A stretch of DNA of 64,000 bases, from positions 6,410,764-6,474,763 of the forward strand of contig NC_069006.1 in assembly GCF_001194135.2 (NCBI RefSeq), written 5' to 3'. The position numbers and the translations under genes were made by a program. This document shows, piece after piece, positions 50,420-63,970 of this stretch. The stretch comes from Octopus bimaculoides (lineage: Eukaryota). The notes under the pieces were generated by a model, which saw only the letters and a list, made by a program, of their open reading frames with translations, was not told where the DNA came from and made no database searches. The first letter of the stretch is position 1; each line of letters opens with the position of its first letter.

Positions 50420-50880
50420 ATACTGTCATTAACAGCTAATAATAAATTTTCTATCATTAATAGTTAACATAACTTACTGTTGTCAACTACAAACAGGAGC
50501 CTGTAGTTGTCAAGGTAACACAAACCCCTGTTATTATCAACTGTTAACACAAACCCCTCTTATTGTCCACAGCTAACACAACCCCTGTTGTCGTCAACAG
50601 TTAATGTAAAACTAAATCTGTTGTCAACAGTTAATACAAATACACTGTCATCAAGAACTAATGCAGACAAATATACTGCCAACAAGAGATAAGCTAAATT
50701 AAACAGACAGTTCTCAACAGTTTACATAAATGGTTAAGCATAAACATGATGTTTTCAACAGTTAATATAAACATATTGACATCAATGCATTATCACAATA
50801 AAGTTAAAATAAATAGGCTTTCAGCAGCAGATAACATAAACATGTTATCAAGAACTAACATAAACATAGTGGTATCAACA
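50420..50880 (+). repeat. Degenerate ~27-30-bp minisatellite
   Basis: Recurring CAACAGTTAA(C/T)A(C/T)AAAC..CTGTT(G/A)T units; stops in the frames I checked. Confidence 0.65.
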
Positions 50881-51130
50881 TGTGTGTGAGTGTGTGTGCA
50901 TGTGTGTGTGTGTATACCATCACCATCATCATCATCATCATCCGTTTAGTGCCCACTTCCACATACTTGTATGAGTCAGGCGAAATTTGTGGTGCCAGAT
51001 TTTCTATGGCAGGACACTCTCCCAGGTACCAGCCCTCATTTGTTTCCCAGCAAGGTAATATTTCCCCTAGTTCTGAAGAACAACAGCACAATGGTCAGGC
51101 ATGCTTTCATGGAAGATTGCAAAAAACAAT

Positions 51131-51170
<40 letters not shown>

Positions 51171-54100
51171 TTATAGTTTATATAAGCACCAGCAGCTAGG
51201 TTGCATATATTTGGATATCTATGCACATGTACATTATATATATATATATACATACAGAGCTTATAAGCAGTTTATATAAACCATAATGTTTTCTTCATGT
51301 CTAAATATTACATTGGGGATTAACTTTATGAGTTCCATATGTATCTGTGTATGTGTGAATGTAAACAACCATAAACATTAAAAAAACCCAAACACTGACA
51401 TACAACACTATCACTAAATGATATTGAGTCAAAAACCATCACATAGAGAATGTATAAACATTAACTAATGTCTTTTCATCATCACCATCATCATCATCAT
51501 CATCAAAGCGGGACGTGAGCATTTTCATTTGGTTAGAAATGCTGTTCATTTGCTAGCCTTAGATGAAAGAAGCATTGATTATTTCACTTCAACAGATATC
51601 AACTTTAATTTCACTGCCAGATTACCAGATGGTTCTAAGACGAAAGTCAGAACTTGCTGAAATACTGAGCAGCCAATTCTGATCTATTGGTTTGGTAAAT
51701 CATCTAAATATAAATATTGATCAGTTATGATATCCACTATGGGACAGTTTCATATTTTCTCTATTTCCTATGACGCCGAAACAAAATATCTACTTATATA
51801 GGTTTGTAAGATTAATGGCTTATACATCAGTGTAGTGTGTGTGTGTGAGTTAACGTTATATGGTAGCAATAATAATGATAGTGGTTGTTAATTGCCAATA
51901 TTATCTAATATAGCAGAGATGGGGAGTCTTTTTAGTAACAGGGGTGAATTACGTGTGTATAACATATGTGAGGGCATCTGTGCTCATGAAAATAATAAAT
52001 CATAAAATTACAAATTTACAGTTATTCAGCTTCTATCAAATTACTGTTTGGGTCTTTGGGCTTCAATAATATATTTCAGAGAGGTTTTTAGAAACTTTAC
52101 TAGTGGGGTTTTAAAACTGACTATGGTTTTTGTATTTGGAGGTACATGGTTACCCACATTTAGGGGAATGCTCTCTGCCTTCAATATGTTAAAACCACGA
52201 GTTGGTGTAACAAACTCAATAAATACAGCATGTAATATTAGATGTTTTGTCTTAACAATCCTGGAAGGGTGAATGGGAAAGCAAGAAAAAGGTGTTTAAC
52301 GTCTGATGAAAAAGAATTAAGGGAAATAAGTTCAATCCTCAAACAGAGAATTTTTTGTCAGAGAAGTCCTGAGCAAAAAGCAAGTAATCTTACTCTGAGA
52401 TTGTCAGCTTGAAAAAAGACATTTGACAGGATGCCAATCTGGCTAATGGATGCAGAAAGATCCCAGTGCCAAAAGAAGTATGAAGAAAACACAAGAAGGA
52501 AGCTGACATCAAATCTCAGAATATTAGAGGTCCACACAAAAGATAGCAACAATGACGATGATGGCAATGATGACGGAAGTGATAATGACAATGATATCTT
52601 TTGAAATGTGTGCTGTTTCATTTAATGTTGCTGAAGACAGGTTAAACAGCTGTTACACCAAAAATCATTTAGAACTACCTGAAACCAGATAAGACTTCAA
52701 AAGCCATGCAGAAGTTGGGAGTATTGTTCAGCATATTTGGAATTATTTATGAAGTAGAATTGTTTCACTCAATTGACTGCTGTAGTCACAAACTTTTGAA
52801 TTAAAAATGATAAGTGGTGATGGGTAGACTAATTGACTCAACGAAATGAACTTATAGACATTATTATTTTTTTTAATTGTAATACCACAAAGACATAGTT
52901 CAAATATGAGATTAAGGAGACACAGTGGTTGAATTCATAGAGATAGATATTGACCTACTAGCCAAAGAATGACTGGTTCATTTCCTATTACTGTACTAGT
53001 TCCTTAACAAAGAAATTTGACTCTCATTTTCCCAGTCCACATAGCTGTAAATGGTTACTAAGAGAACTGTGTGTAAAAAGGATTTCAGAGTTCAAATCCC
53101 ACCCAAAACCTAGACAAGGCAAGAAGGTAACCACACTAGTACATCATTCCTTTATTTCAACGAAAAATAGAATATCATTCTGTATGATAAGAATCATGAT
53201 ACCTATGTGATAAAACAAGGTGTTTTTGTAACCTAATAAGCATGCTGCTAGAATAGAAATTTCTCTTTTATTTTGTTTTCTTGGTGTCACTAATAACAAA
53301 TGAAATAACAACAACAATGTTTATACTTTCCAGGCAGCTAATTAACCTATACTATAAGTAATTAAAGTACAGTTGTTAAGCATCATTCCTTCTTGAGAAA
53401 GCTGCCTTTCTCTCACCAATTCAATTCTATGTAAAATAGATATAATTTCCTTTGGCTCTAGAAGTCTGTTTGGTTTATGAGAGAACAGTCTAGATGTGTA
53501 AAATGAACATAAAAATATATATAATAATAATAATTTACATTAACATTTCTTCAAAGAGGAATGCAAATTTCCTTTGATGAAAAAGCAGCACATATATTTG
53601 AAGTGTAAAAGATAGCTTGTGGGTGATTAGTGTGAAGGAGTGTCTCAGTCTTAGTAGATGGGGATAACGAAGAGTAATGTTTGAAAAGTGGGAGAGTAGG
53701 AGGAAATGGAACAACAAGACAAAGTGGGAGTAAAATCATTATACAAAACAAATACAATTGATTTAATTACAGAAATGATAATTTATTAACTCACCTGGAA
53801 TAACTGCATCTTCTATTAAATACAAAAACTAGTGGTTTTAAAGTGTCTGTAACTAAAATTAAAACCTTCTGAATTGTAATGAGGTTTTGGGTTCCAAACA
53901 CCAGCTTAATATTAGGAAAACTAGTTATTTTACTAAACCCTTCCAAATTCTTGATTATTTTCAAAATTAATTGAAATGTAGACTATTTCATTAGAAAATA
54001 GAGTTGCTATGAGCTTGAGGAAAAGTAAAGAGACAAATTAACCCTTTAAATGTTAGTTTAGTGTCTTCATTGCATAAATAGTTAGAGAGCAAGTATCAAG

Positions 54101-55409
54101 TAAATGTTACTAAGAAATAAGTAGGGTTACTGTAGAAATAAATTACAACTTTTGTCTCTCGTGAATATCTTATAACAGTACACAGGAGGTCTAACTAAAT
54201 TATACTCTGTACTTACATATACACACCCACATAGACACTCACAGACACATACATACTAATTTGTTATATGCAGAAATACATATGTACTGAAATGCATAAA
54301 CACATAAAGCAAAACAGTTTCTCTCTCTCTCTCTCTTGTACGTGTACACACAATTTTATAAGCACAGACAGAAGCAGCCACACGAACAAATGCATGTATA
54401 GCAATATGTCTAAAATGATATTACCTAAAGACATTTGAGTAGCTCAGGGCAATCATTCAAATAAATAATAAAGATATTCCTGTGGGGTGCCTAATGAATA
54501 AGCAACTGGTTATCATCAAATTGATAATGGTAAGTCATTGAGAATTGATAAATATATTGGTCAAAGGAGCAGAACAGAAAAATAAGACATTCTACTGCAT
54601 CAGGGAAACCTCAAGAGAAATGGAATGGAGTGGAAGGTCAAGAGAAAATGAGAAAAGAATGGATTACTGATGTCATATGATCAAAAATTACAAACGCAAC
54701 AATAGAGCAAATTATAGTGCTTCTGTAGCCATAAACATTGACTATAAACAAATTGTAGTGAAAACTTGGGAGGATCAGGTTGTATTGCTTTAACGGTTTA
54801 CTGTTATGCCAATTCTGATTAAAGAATTAAATTTTCTTTTACTGAAGAATAGAGAAGGAAAAGTCAAAAATTTACCATCATTCTAATTTGGTCTTATATT
54901 TTGTGAATAATATTTCCAATTTGGAAGGAAGCCAAATTTGAGAGCTTTGTATGCTATTTGATGTTTTATTTGTTTCTGTTTAAAAACATGTTGCATTCAT
55001 AAAGAGGAATTTATCTGAATTTTGCTGGAAATATATTTTGGCAATGAAATACTAAAGTCATTATTTAACAATTATGAATCTTAATAGAAAGTGAATCAAA
55101 ACAAAAGATTGCTAAGGGATAGAAGGAAAGTTTACTATCAAAGAAGTTCATTAAAACCTAACAAACAGAAAGCTTTTATATATATATATATATATNNNNN
55201 NNNNNNNNNNNNNNNNNNNNNNNNNNNNNNNNNNNNNNNNNNNNNNNNNNNNNNNNNNNNNNNNNNNNNNNNNNNNNNNNNNNNNNNNNNNNNNNNNNNN
55301 NNNNNNNNNNNNAAAAAAAAAAGATAAATATAATAAATGTATGTTAGTTGTGTAGTTATGGTGATGGAAAGGCTGACCTTAATGACCATGTGTTCAAATA
55401 TAACCAATT

Positions 55410-55760
55410 AGAAGAGGCAAGATAGAGAAGAGAAAGGAAGAGAAGAGAGAGAAGCAAGGACTAGGAAAAGAGAGAAGAGCTGTAAAGACAGGGAAGGGAG
55501 AGAGGCAGGGACGAAGACAGGAAGGGGTGTAAATAGGGAGAGAAAATAGGCAAGAAATGGAAAGGTAAGAGGCAAAGAAGTTGAGGGGAGAAAAGAGAAG
55601 CACAAAAAAATGGTGTTAAGACAGAAAAACCAAGATGGAATGATAGACAAAAAAGGGGGTAGGGAAGAAAAGTAAGGAGAAGATAAGAAGAACAAGGAGA
55701 GAAGGATGAAAGAGACAAGATGGGATGATAAGAGATATGAAGGAAAAGAACAAAGAGAGT
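55410..55760 (+). repeat. Purine (GA)-rich low-complexity tract
   Basis: Direct reading; explains the S/L/F/P-rich minus-strand ORFs. Confidence 0.85.
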
Positions 55761-56147
55761 TTTGGAACCTAAAATAAATGTTGATAAGTTCTAGTTTAAA
55801 TTTCAAAGATAGGTTTTCAACATGCTTGGAGTTGGAGAATGTTTTGAAGTTATATCTGTATATATTTACAAACATTTTCATCAAAGACAAACATACATGC
55901 ATCATACATACATACATATATAGTTGATGGAATTTATCCTCTTAAAGGATTTTACTATTACTTTTCTAATCCTACAATAACTCAACTGACCCTGAAGAAT
56001 GAAACTAGCTGTTGAAATTTGAACTCTAAATTCTGTGGTAAGAAACCAGTTCCAATAAAGCCTCAAGTTTGTTAATCCTTCATCAATCTTCTCCTCAGCT
56101 CCACTTCTGAGATTTCATTTTTCCTTCATTTGAATGACTGACATCTA

Positions 56148-56649
56148 CAGGGTGATTAAAAAGTAACTCTCTATTTTAAAACACTTATAAATTATTTATT
56201 AATTGTAATTTTTACAATGGATATGAGAGGAAAGTTTTTAGAATGAGTTTTTATTTAAAATTTGATATGGGCTCCAGGTGTCGCCACCAGCTTCTTGAGT
56301 TGCCCAGGAATTGCATCAACTGATTACACCAGGAACTCTGGTGAGATGAAAGAAGACATAACTTCATGTATTCGCCCTTCAAGTCCTTCCAAAGTCTTTG
56401 GTTTGGTACATAAGACTTGTTCCTTTGACCAACCCCAAAGAAAGAAATCACAGGATGTGGACCAGGATAACCCATAGATCCCCCAGAGAAGTGGACATTC
56501 AGCCATTCATGAATGACAAGAGCCATACGATTACAGATTAAATTCTCATACTTAAAAAAACAAACATGAAAAAAATTTGAGAAAAAAATTACAATTAATA
56601 AATAATTTATAACTATTTTAAAATGGGGAGTTACTTTTCAATCACCCTG
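56148..56649 (-). mobile_element. Internally deleted Tc1/mariner-superfamily transposon
   Basis: ~66-bp TIRs (CAGGGTGATT.AAAAGTAACTC.., 5 mismatches) and TA TSDs at 56146-47 and 56650-51. Minus strand encodes TSCDFFLWGWSKEQV..KPKTLEGLEGRIHEV, the region after the SPDL motif. Confidence 0.9.
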
Positions 56650-58339
56650 TATATTGTAGTGAAAACCCCCAACACTGAGTATTTGTGTAGTTCCACTTCA
56701 TTTTACATAACCTCACCTCACTTATCTCATCATCTAACAAGGTTACCCAAAGACTGACAGCCAATGAAGTCAGAGCAATATTTATTGCCCCCATGCCTCT
56801 CATATACACTCACCCCCCTTAACATATATTGTTGCTTTCCCCTCTATAAAACAGGACTTTAGTCCTAAATGTTAAAAGTATCTTAGAGGTCTTTGAACTC
56901 AAGTTTCAAGAAGCTGACCTCTCACTCTCTAAAAACTACTTCCTAACGTGTATATTGTGACACTTTATGGTGTTGTGAAATTGTTTGAAGTCAGAATATT
57001 TTATGCCTGTACATGAAAATTAAACACTAATTACCTATTTTTGAACCATGCATGCTAACTCTTACATCCAACACCAAATATGGCTTATTTAACAATTATA
57101 CAATGTTTAATGTGGAAGCAATTTATCTTTATGGAGTGCCATCTTATTTTTAGTGAAACAAAGTATGTCACCCTCTGTCTACTACTACTGTATAACATTA
57201 CAGTAAACATTTATTTCTAACACATAAAATGTGCACCTAAGTTGGTGCCAGGTCACAAGTGTGCAACAGATATTTTGACACTTCATGAAATAAATTTAAA
57301 GTGAATTTAATAGGTTTATGTATAATTAAATGCTTCTTCAATGATGTAGTGACTTCGATTTCAACTCACAACCTCAGATCAAATCGCTTGCTAGACTTGT
57401 ACTAAGTCCAGAAATTAAAACAAGACAAAGGAAAACATAAATATATTGGATTAACTTGATCTCTGTGATGATATTCACTTATTCTAATGAAACAACAGAG
57501 ACAAAAGGCAAAACCCAATTATAGTGGAACTGAAATTAGACAGACTGAAGAAATAAGAAGGCCATAGACACATTTGCCCCAATTCTACAGCAACATTTAC
57601 TGGATTGCCGACTCTCTTCTACTAGTGAATCAAATCATTCTCTTTTTTTTTCTTCACAAGTTCTTATATTGTGCACAGACCAGGTTTCATTGTTAACAAA
57701 ACAATGTTTTATATATTGATGTCCATGTCTATGATCAAAAGCATTTTAGAAATGACTTTACACATTGTTATTCATACTGTCTATACAGAGAAATTCAGCT
57801 GCTATTTCTAGCAGAATGAGTGTATAGAAGCTCAAAGCACTACTTCATAAATTTGGTTTTTAATAAAATGTCTATCTGGCATTAAATGTGTTATACATTT
57901 GGCATTCAATTTCTTATACATCTGTACTTAAAATATTTATCTGGAATTAAATTAATTATACCTGGTGTTGTATACATTAATATATTAGTTTACAAATAAT
58001 TTTTATTGTTTCTTCTATTTATCTTTTTAAGCTGTTTTTCTGAGTTCCAAGGCAGAAACTGTTTGGCAAAATCATTTTAACTGAATGTGCCTCCATTTGG
58101 GGTTCCATTTTGTTTTATGTTTTAGCAAGAAGACAAAACAGCATCCATGACTGATTGGTGGGAACGAACGGGTTGAGGTGGGGGAGAAACCATAACTGCA
58201 ATAGGAAGCAGTCCATCAAACTAGGTTTCCAACTTGACTGCTTATATCAGAGTTTATTCTGGTAGTGACAGCCAAGTGCCAGGTGGTGGTGGTGGTGGAG
58301 GAGGACTATTCCCACCATTCGCATAATTATGGAGTGAAA

Positions 58340-58630
58340 TCGATATACTTTTGTGTTTACTGAGTCTGGAGAAAGAGACCATGATCCTCACGGGTCCTCT
58401 GTGGCTGGTGAGACTGATGCCTTTAATGTTTTGTTTAAAATGTGAAATAAACAGATGCAGGAAAGACATGAGCAGGGAGAAGATTCCTAAGTGGCTGATG
58501 TGTTGGAGTGGAAGAATAGGGCACAGTAGTTCGAGTGGAGTCAAATACGGGGGTGGGGGGATGCGGGTGATGCAACAAAAGGGGTGAAGGTTAGATAAGT
58601 GAGTGCTTGAGAGGAGGAGACTAACCAGAT
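58340..58630 (-). mobile_element. Decayed LINE ORF2 C-terminus (same type as 38770-39110)
   Basis: Frameshifted pieces LSNLHPF.. / RNLLPAHVFPAS / HFKQNIKGISL resemble the LWN.LP..VFP....FK.NIN terminus. Confidence 0.45.
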
Positions 58631-58661
58631 ACAAGTAGCAAAGGCCCTTATAGTAACTAAC

Positions 58662-58960
58662 TGATAGTCCATCAGTTACAGCAATGAGGGTTTTAACTGA
58701 TCGATCAGCAGAACAGCCAGCTCATGAGATTAATGTGCAAGTAGCTGAGTATTCCACAGACATGCATACTCTTAACATAGTTCACAGGGTGATTCAGGTT
58801 GACACAGAATGTGACAAAGGTGGCCCTTTGAAGTACAGCTGAATGAACAGGAGCAACACAAAATAAAGTGTCTTGCTTGAGGACACAACACACCACAGGG
58901 AACTGAACTCACAACCCTATGATCATCAGCCAAATGCCCTGACCACCAAGCCAGGCAACT
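58662..58960 (-). mobile_element. SINE family D, full length
   Basis: Reverse complement of the D tail (AACTGATCGATC..GAACAGCC) and head (GTGTCTTGCTTGAGGACACAA..GAACTCACAACC..GACCACCAAGCC). Confidence 0.82.
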
Positions 58961-59517
58961 TTATAGTAGTAATAGAGAGAGGTGAAGTGTGTATGAAGGG
59001 GCAGAAACTGTCAGTTTAATGCTATAAAGCTATATAGCTAGGATTTGAACTCAAGCAGCTCACCAACTTGCCTCCTCAACCCTCTGCTCCTGTTTATTTA
59101 TTTAATAGTGGCAAATCAAGATTTAAAAGTAAACTTACATCTTTTCTATAGCTGGTGGGTTTGGTTTTGGTTTTAAAATCTTAATAGCTTATTTTCCATC
59201 AAAAATATAATAGAAAAATAAAATGGAAATCTAATTTTCTTAAAGTAAAATTTAATTTACGATATAGTGTAATCAGATAACAAGTTAAATTGAGAATATT
59301 TTAGTTTATTGTATAAAATATTTGTAAATTATTGTTTTATTTTTCTTCATGGAGTGTCATATTAGAACTCTTCTTACACAACCAATTCCAATATTTTCTA
59401 AATTGTTTAAAACTTGAAACTTTAGATATTAAATTCCCTAAGGAATTAATAGGAAAGACACTTTCACACAAACTTCATTTAAACAACTGAATTATCAATC
59501 CAGTTCCAGATCAAATT

Positions 59518-59559
<42 letters not shown>

Positions 59560-59792
59560 CAGAATATATTCAGTGCTGAATTTATTCTGAGTAAGAGGCA
59601 TATTTACCGAGATGCAATTCGAAATTCCCGCCACTTACATAGGGAAATAGCGATGAACAGTCGTCTATATGCTATGCTGGATACATGGTGTTCGTTTGGT
59701 ATGTTGATTCACTGTTTATTTCTATTTTTCTTGACCATATTATACTGACGAGTAGAAGTTTTATAATACTACAATAACTACGNNNNNNNNNN

Positions 59793-60360
59793 GTCTGTCT
59801 ATTTGTCTATGTATGTATGTATGTATCTATTCATCTATCCATTCATCTATCTGTCCATTTATGTTTTCATCCCTCAATCTCTTCATCTATAAGACCACCC
59901 ACCCACCCATCTATCCATCCATCCATCCATCCATCCATCCATCCATCCGTCCGTCTATCCATCCATCCATTTTCCATTACTTACATTTGAGAGATTATTA
60001 CTGTTGTTATTATTATTATTATTATTATTGCTATTATTATTATTATTATTATTATTNNNNNNNNNNTACACACACACATATATATATTCATCTATATCTA
60101 TGTCTATTTTTCTGTCTATCTGTCTGTCTATTTGTCTATGTATGTATGTATGTATCTATTCATCTATCCATTCATCTATCTGTCCATTTATGTTTTCATC
60201 CCTCAATCTCTTCATCTATAAGACCACCCACCCACCCATCTATCCATCCATCCATCCATCCATCCATCCATCCATCCGTCCGTCTATCCATCCATCCATT
60301 TTCCATTACTTACATTTGAGAGATTATTACTGTTGTTATTATTATTATTATTATTATTGC

Positions 60361-60408
<48 letters not shown>

Positions 60409-60425
60409 CATTATTATTATTATCA
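59793..60425 (+). repeat. (CTAT)/(CATC)/(ATT) compound microsatellite block present twice across 10-N gaps
   Basis: 59793-60056 repeats at about 60122-60385. Confidence 0.9.
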
Positions 60426-61479
60426 TCCTCTAAAGAGAACTCAAAGTGATTATCAATCTCAGGTTATATTCTGAATTATGAATGAATTATTAATTTAAAA
60501 TACTTTTTACAATGCTTTATTATGAAGATGAGTCTCTGGAGACTGTCGGCTATTTCATAGATAAGTAGGTATGGATAGACAGATCAACCGATAAAGTAGA
60601 TAGATTAAAACAATTTCACACATGTTCAAAGTAATTGAAACCTGTTTTTCCACCACTAATGTCTAAACATGGAAAAAACATTACCAGGTAGTTTAACAAA
60701 TTGTCTTTATTACTTGTCTCAATCAATAAGGAAGGTGTGCAGTGCAAATTTTCTAAAGGCAGGTTTTTTTTAGAGTATGGGGAGGGCTGGGGGGTCCCAA
60801 CTATTCAACAATCGTATAAACTTGTGTATTAGGAAATGATTTTTAAATAATATATTTTATACTATTGTACAGTTGAGACTACTTTTATGCTACAGAAACT
60901 TAGCAAAAGATGCTTAGGGAGTGTAAGTCAAAAGAATTGAAATCAAAAGAACGTATGAATATTAAGTGATAATATCAAGTTTGCTAAAGTCTAAAACTGT
61001 GCGTGTGTGTTGCCATTCTTACAGTGCATTCAACAGTTTAAACCAATGATGGAACTTCTACGTGGCCATTTGATTGAGTATCAAGAGCCAGGGAACAAAG
61101 TGTACAGCCATGCAGAACATGTTCATGTTTTGTGTGAGAACTTCCTTACAGTCTCCACAATTAATCTCAGTCATTTTGTGATGACAGTCATCATGGGTAG
61201 TAGTAGTAGCAGCAGCAAGAAACAGCAGTAGTAGCTGTAGTATGAGGTCATGTACTGTAACAGCATGTTGTTGCATCCAGCATTTGTTGGTGATTCCCTC
61301 CTACTCCTAGCTGATGACACCTTTGCACCACTCAAGCAATAACCCTCCAGCCCATAGGTTTTCTTGGGCAGTCATTGCTGATGAGGGTTTTATAAGGTCA
61401 GAGTACAAATCCTACCTCAACTTCTTTTAGCTGCCTTTATCATGGCACACAGAGGAAACATTGGGTTCATTCTTTGACA

Positions 61480-61610
61480 TACTGGTCCCCACACAACATG
61501 AAATGAAGTGTCTTACTCAAGAACAGAACATGCTGACTAGTTCAGGAATCAAACCTATGATCTGATGATTCTGAGAACTAAACCCCAACCACTACACCAT
61601 GCACCTTCAC
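61480..61610 (-). mobile_element. SINE family D-like head
   Basis: CAACATGAAATGAAGTGTCTTACTCAAGAACA..GGAATCAAACC..CCCCAACCACTACACCATGCACCT. Confidence 0.65.
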
Positions 61611-63111
61611 AAGAGGGAATTCACAAAATTTTTTCCAATTTCTTGTTTAATGTTCTGTTAATGATTGGCTACCCTGAACACTCATCATGGTGAAATGATA
61701 CTCAACTGGCCTTGAAATCTAGATACCTCTCAAAATCCTGTCTTCTACCTAAAGAATGTTTGCCAAAAGCCTGACAATGCATTTCAAAGGCATTCAGTGG
61801 CAGATCTGCTGTGCTTCAAGCAAAATTTGGTGCAGCCACTCGAATTTCTCAACCATCGTAAAACCATAGAGCCATTTCAAAACAATATTAGAATATCTCC
61901 AGTAATTTTTGAACATAAATAGAAAACATCGTTTTTAACTGACGTTGTAAGGTGAGTGCAAATGAATGCCAGTTGCACATGCATTTTGACTGAACAGAGT
62001 AACAACAACATGAGTGGTCACAAAACTTCCAATAAAATCCTCATAGATCCTATCTCAGTGAACATAAGCTATTTTTGGTTGTTCAGTCTTTGCCTAACGA
62101 GATCTAGTTCTTTAGTTCTAGCTCCATACATTATAAACTAACCCCTTATATACTTCAGATGTCTCTGTCATGCCCTAATGCCAGACTTTAATTACCAAGT
62201 TCCTTTAGACCTAATGTCAACATTAACTTATTGCACTGAACCAGAACATTTGGCCTTGCTCTCTACTTTCTGTCTTTCTGTTTGACATCAGCTTTCACAA
62301 CCACTTGCACATGTCATACATAATGTAGTAAATTAGCACCAAATACAATATTAAAGATTGTGGCATGAATAGCAGCAGAATATTTGAGATATTTTCATTG
62401 AAACAGTTCTTTCATGTCAAAACACTCTCTCTTTCTCTGAAGGAAAATATTCTAAGCACTGAACAAGAGAGAGAGAGAGAGAGAGAGAGATGATTAGTGT
62501 TTGCTTAGAGTCCTACTTAATAATCAAGTATTTCTTTACAATGTTAGAAAGTGAATGTTACAAATTCACTTCTAAAAACATAATTATGTTGAATACAACA
62601 AGCTTCAGTGATCAAGGAATTTTCTACTGAATTAATAACATAAAATTTTTTTAAATAGTGATAAAATTCTGAGTTTACAAAACTTAATAGAATTTAAAAT
62701 AGAAAAAAAGAAGTATTTTATATTTTTAAGGTTTAGTATTATTTATAGGTACATTGATAAATATCATTACAGATTAGTAAAATGAAAATGCGAGAAAAGC
62801 TTAGATAAGAAAACTCAAAGGATGGCATCTGAACTATTCTGTCTGAATATTAAATGAAATTCTCAATAAATACTAAATAGTCTTCAGCATGGTTTTCTGA
62901 AAAGCAAATGTTAAAAAGCCCTTTGCAAAGAAGCGAAAGAAGAAGAAAAAATAAATTGCAATCAGAATGAAGAAAGGTAGAAGAGGTAGGTACAGAGAAA
63001 GGGGGGCAATTTTAAAACATCTTTGACACTTTTATTGCTAATAGGAAGAATTGTGAAAGGAAACTAGTTAAATAGGAAATACTAATATGTCTATTGGAGA
63101 CAGTTAGATGC

Positions 63112-63148
<37 letters not shown>

Positions 63149-63848
63149 TGAGTGAGTGAGTGAGAGAGAGAGAGAGAGAGAGACTCCATGTAGTCAACTG
63201 GCATTTTGAGCTGATTATACAAAAATTGAATGCAATATAGAATTAAAACATAAATATTAATTCACTGGCACAAAACAGAGCCAGTAAAATCTGCTTGTTC
63301 GAATTTGTGACATTAGCTGCTGAGGCTGAGGGATGGGAATGTTGATGTAAAAAGTATTTTAAGTCTGTTTCTTTACTGTGAAAAAAATCAACAAGCATCA
63401 AAGAAGGAATCTTCTCACATTTATCTATTTATTCATAGAAAAGCTTCATCTTTCTGATGACAGTCAATATATTCTGGTTAATGTAATCTGTTTCTGGAAG
63501 ATGATTGGTGGAAAGGGAGTGAATGTAAAGCTGTTTTTCTTGTCACATTATTTTATCCCCACCTCCAACATTTAAAATCTTAACTGTATTGAAATAAACT
63601 CATTAAAATAACTTACAAGCAATATGTTTAAAGAAAATTACATTTTTTTAAAGCTGCAGCTTCTTTATTTTTAAATACATGTGTGTATATCTATCTATCT
63701 TTCTATCTGTGTGTACTCACCTGAGTATTGTTGATTCTGTTATTTTCAGTGTTACTTTGGTGGTTTGAACAAGTGTTTTAACTCTTATCTCTAGCAGGCA
63801 GATGCAGTCGTGTATCCTTGTGATTCATATAATTTTATATATATATAT

Positions 63849-63966
63849 ATCGTTTAACATCCGCTTTCCATGCTAGCATGGGTTGGACGATTTGACTGAG
63901 GACAGGCGAACCAGATGGCTGCATCAGGCTCCAATCTGGTCTGGCAGAATTTCTACACCTGGATGC

Positions 63967-63970
<4 letters not shown>
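63849..63970 (-). mobile_element. Family B retroposon, 3' part
   Basis: ATCGTTTAACATCCGCTTTCCATGCTAGCATGGGTTGGACG..GGATGCCCTT. Confidence 0.85.

Noticed and set aside
52410-52605. Short acidic-tailed frame MPIWLMDAERSQCQKK..DDDGNDDGSDND
   Set aside because: The acidic run derives from a degenerate (GAT/GAC/AAT) trinucleotide repeat, with no supporting splice or homology evidence.
59793-60385. 264-bp tandem duplication as a real event
   Set aside because: The first copy is bounded by two 10-N gaps, which is typical of overlapping contig ends in low-complexity sequence.
61007-61231. 74-aa ORF MLPFLQCIQQFKPMMELLRGH..
   Set aside because: No recognisable domain; it starts in (GT)n and ends in (AGT/AGC)n. 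Length is within chance expectation.
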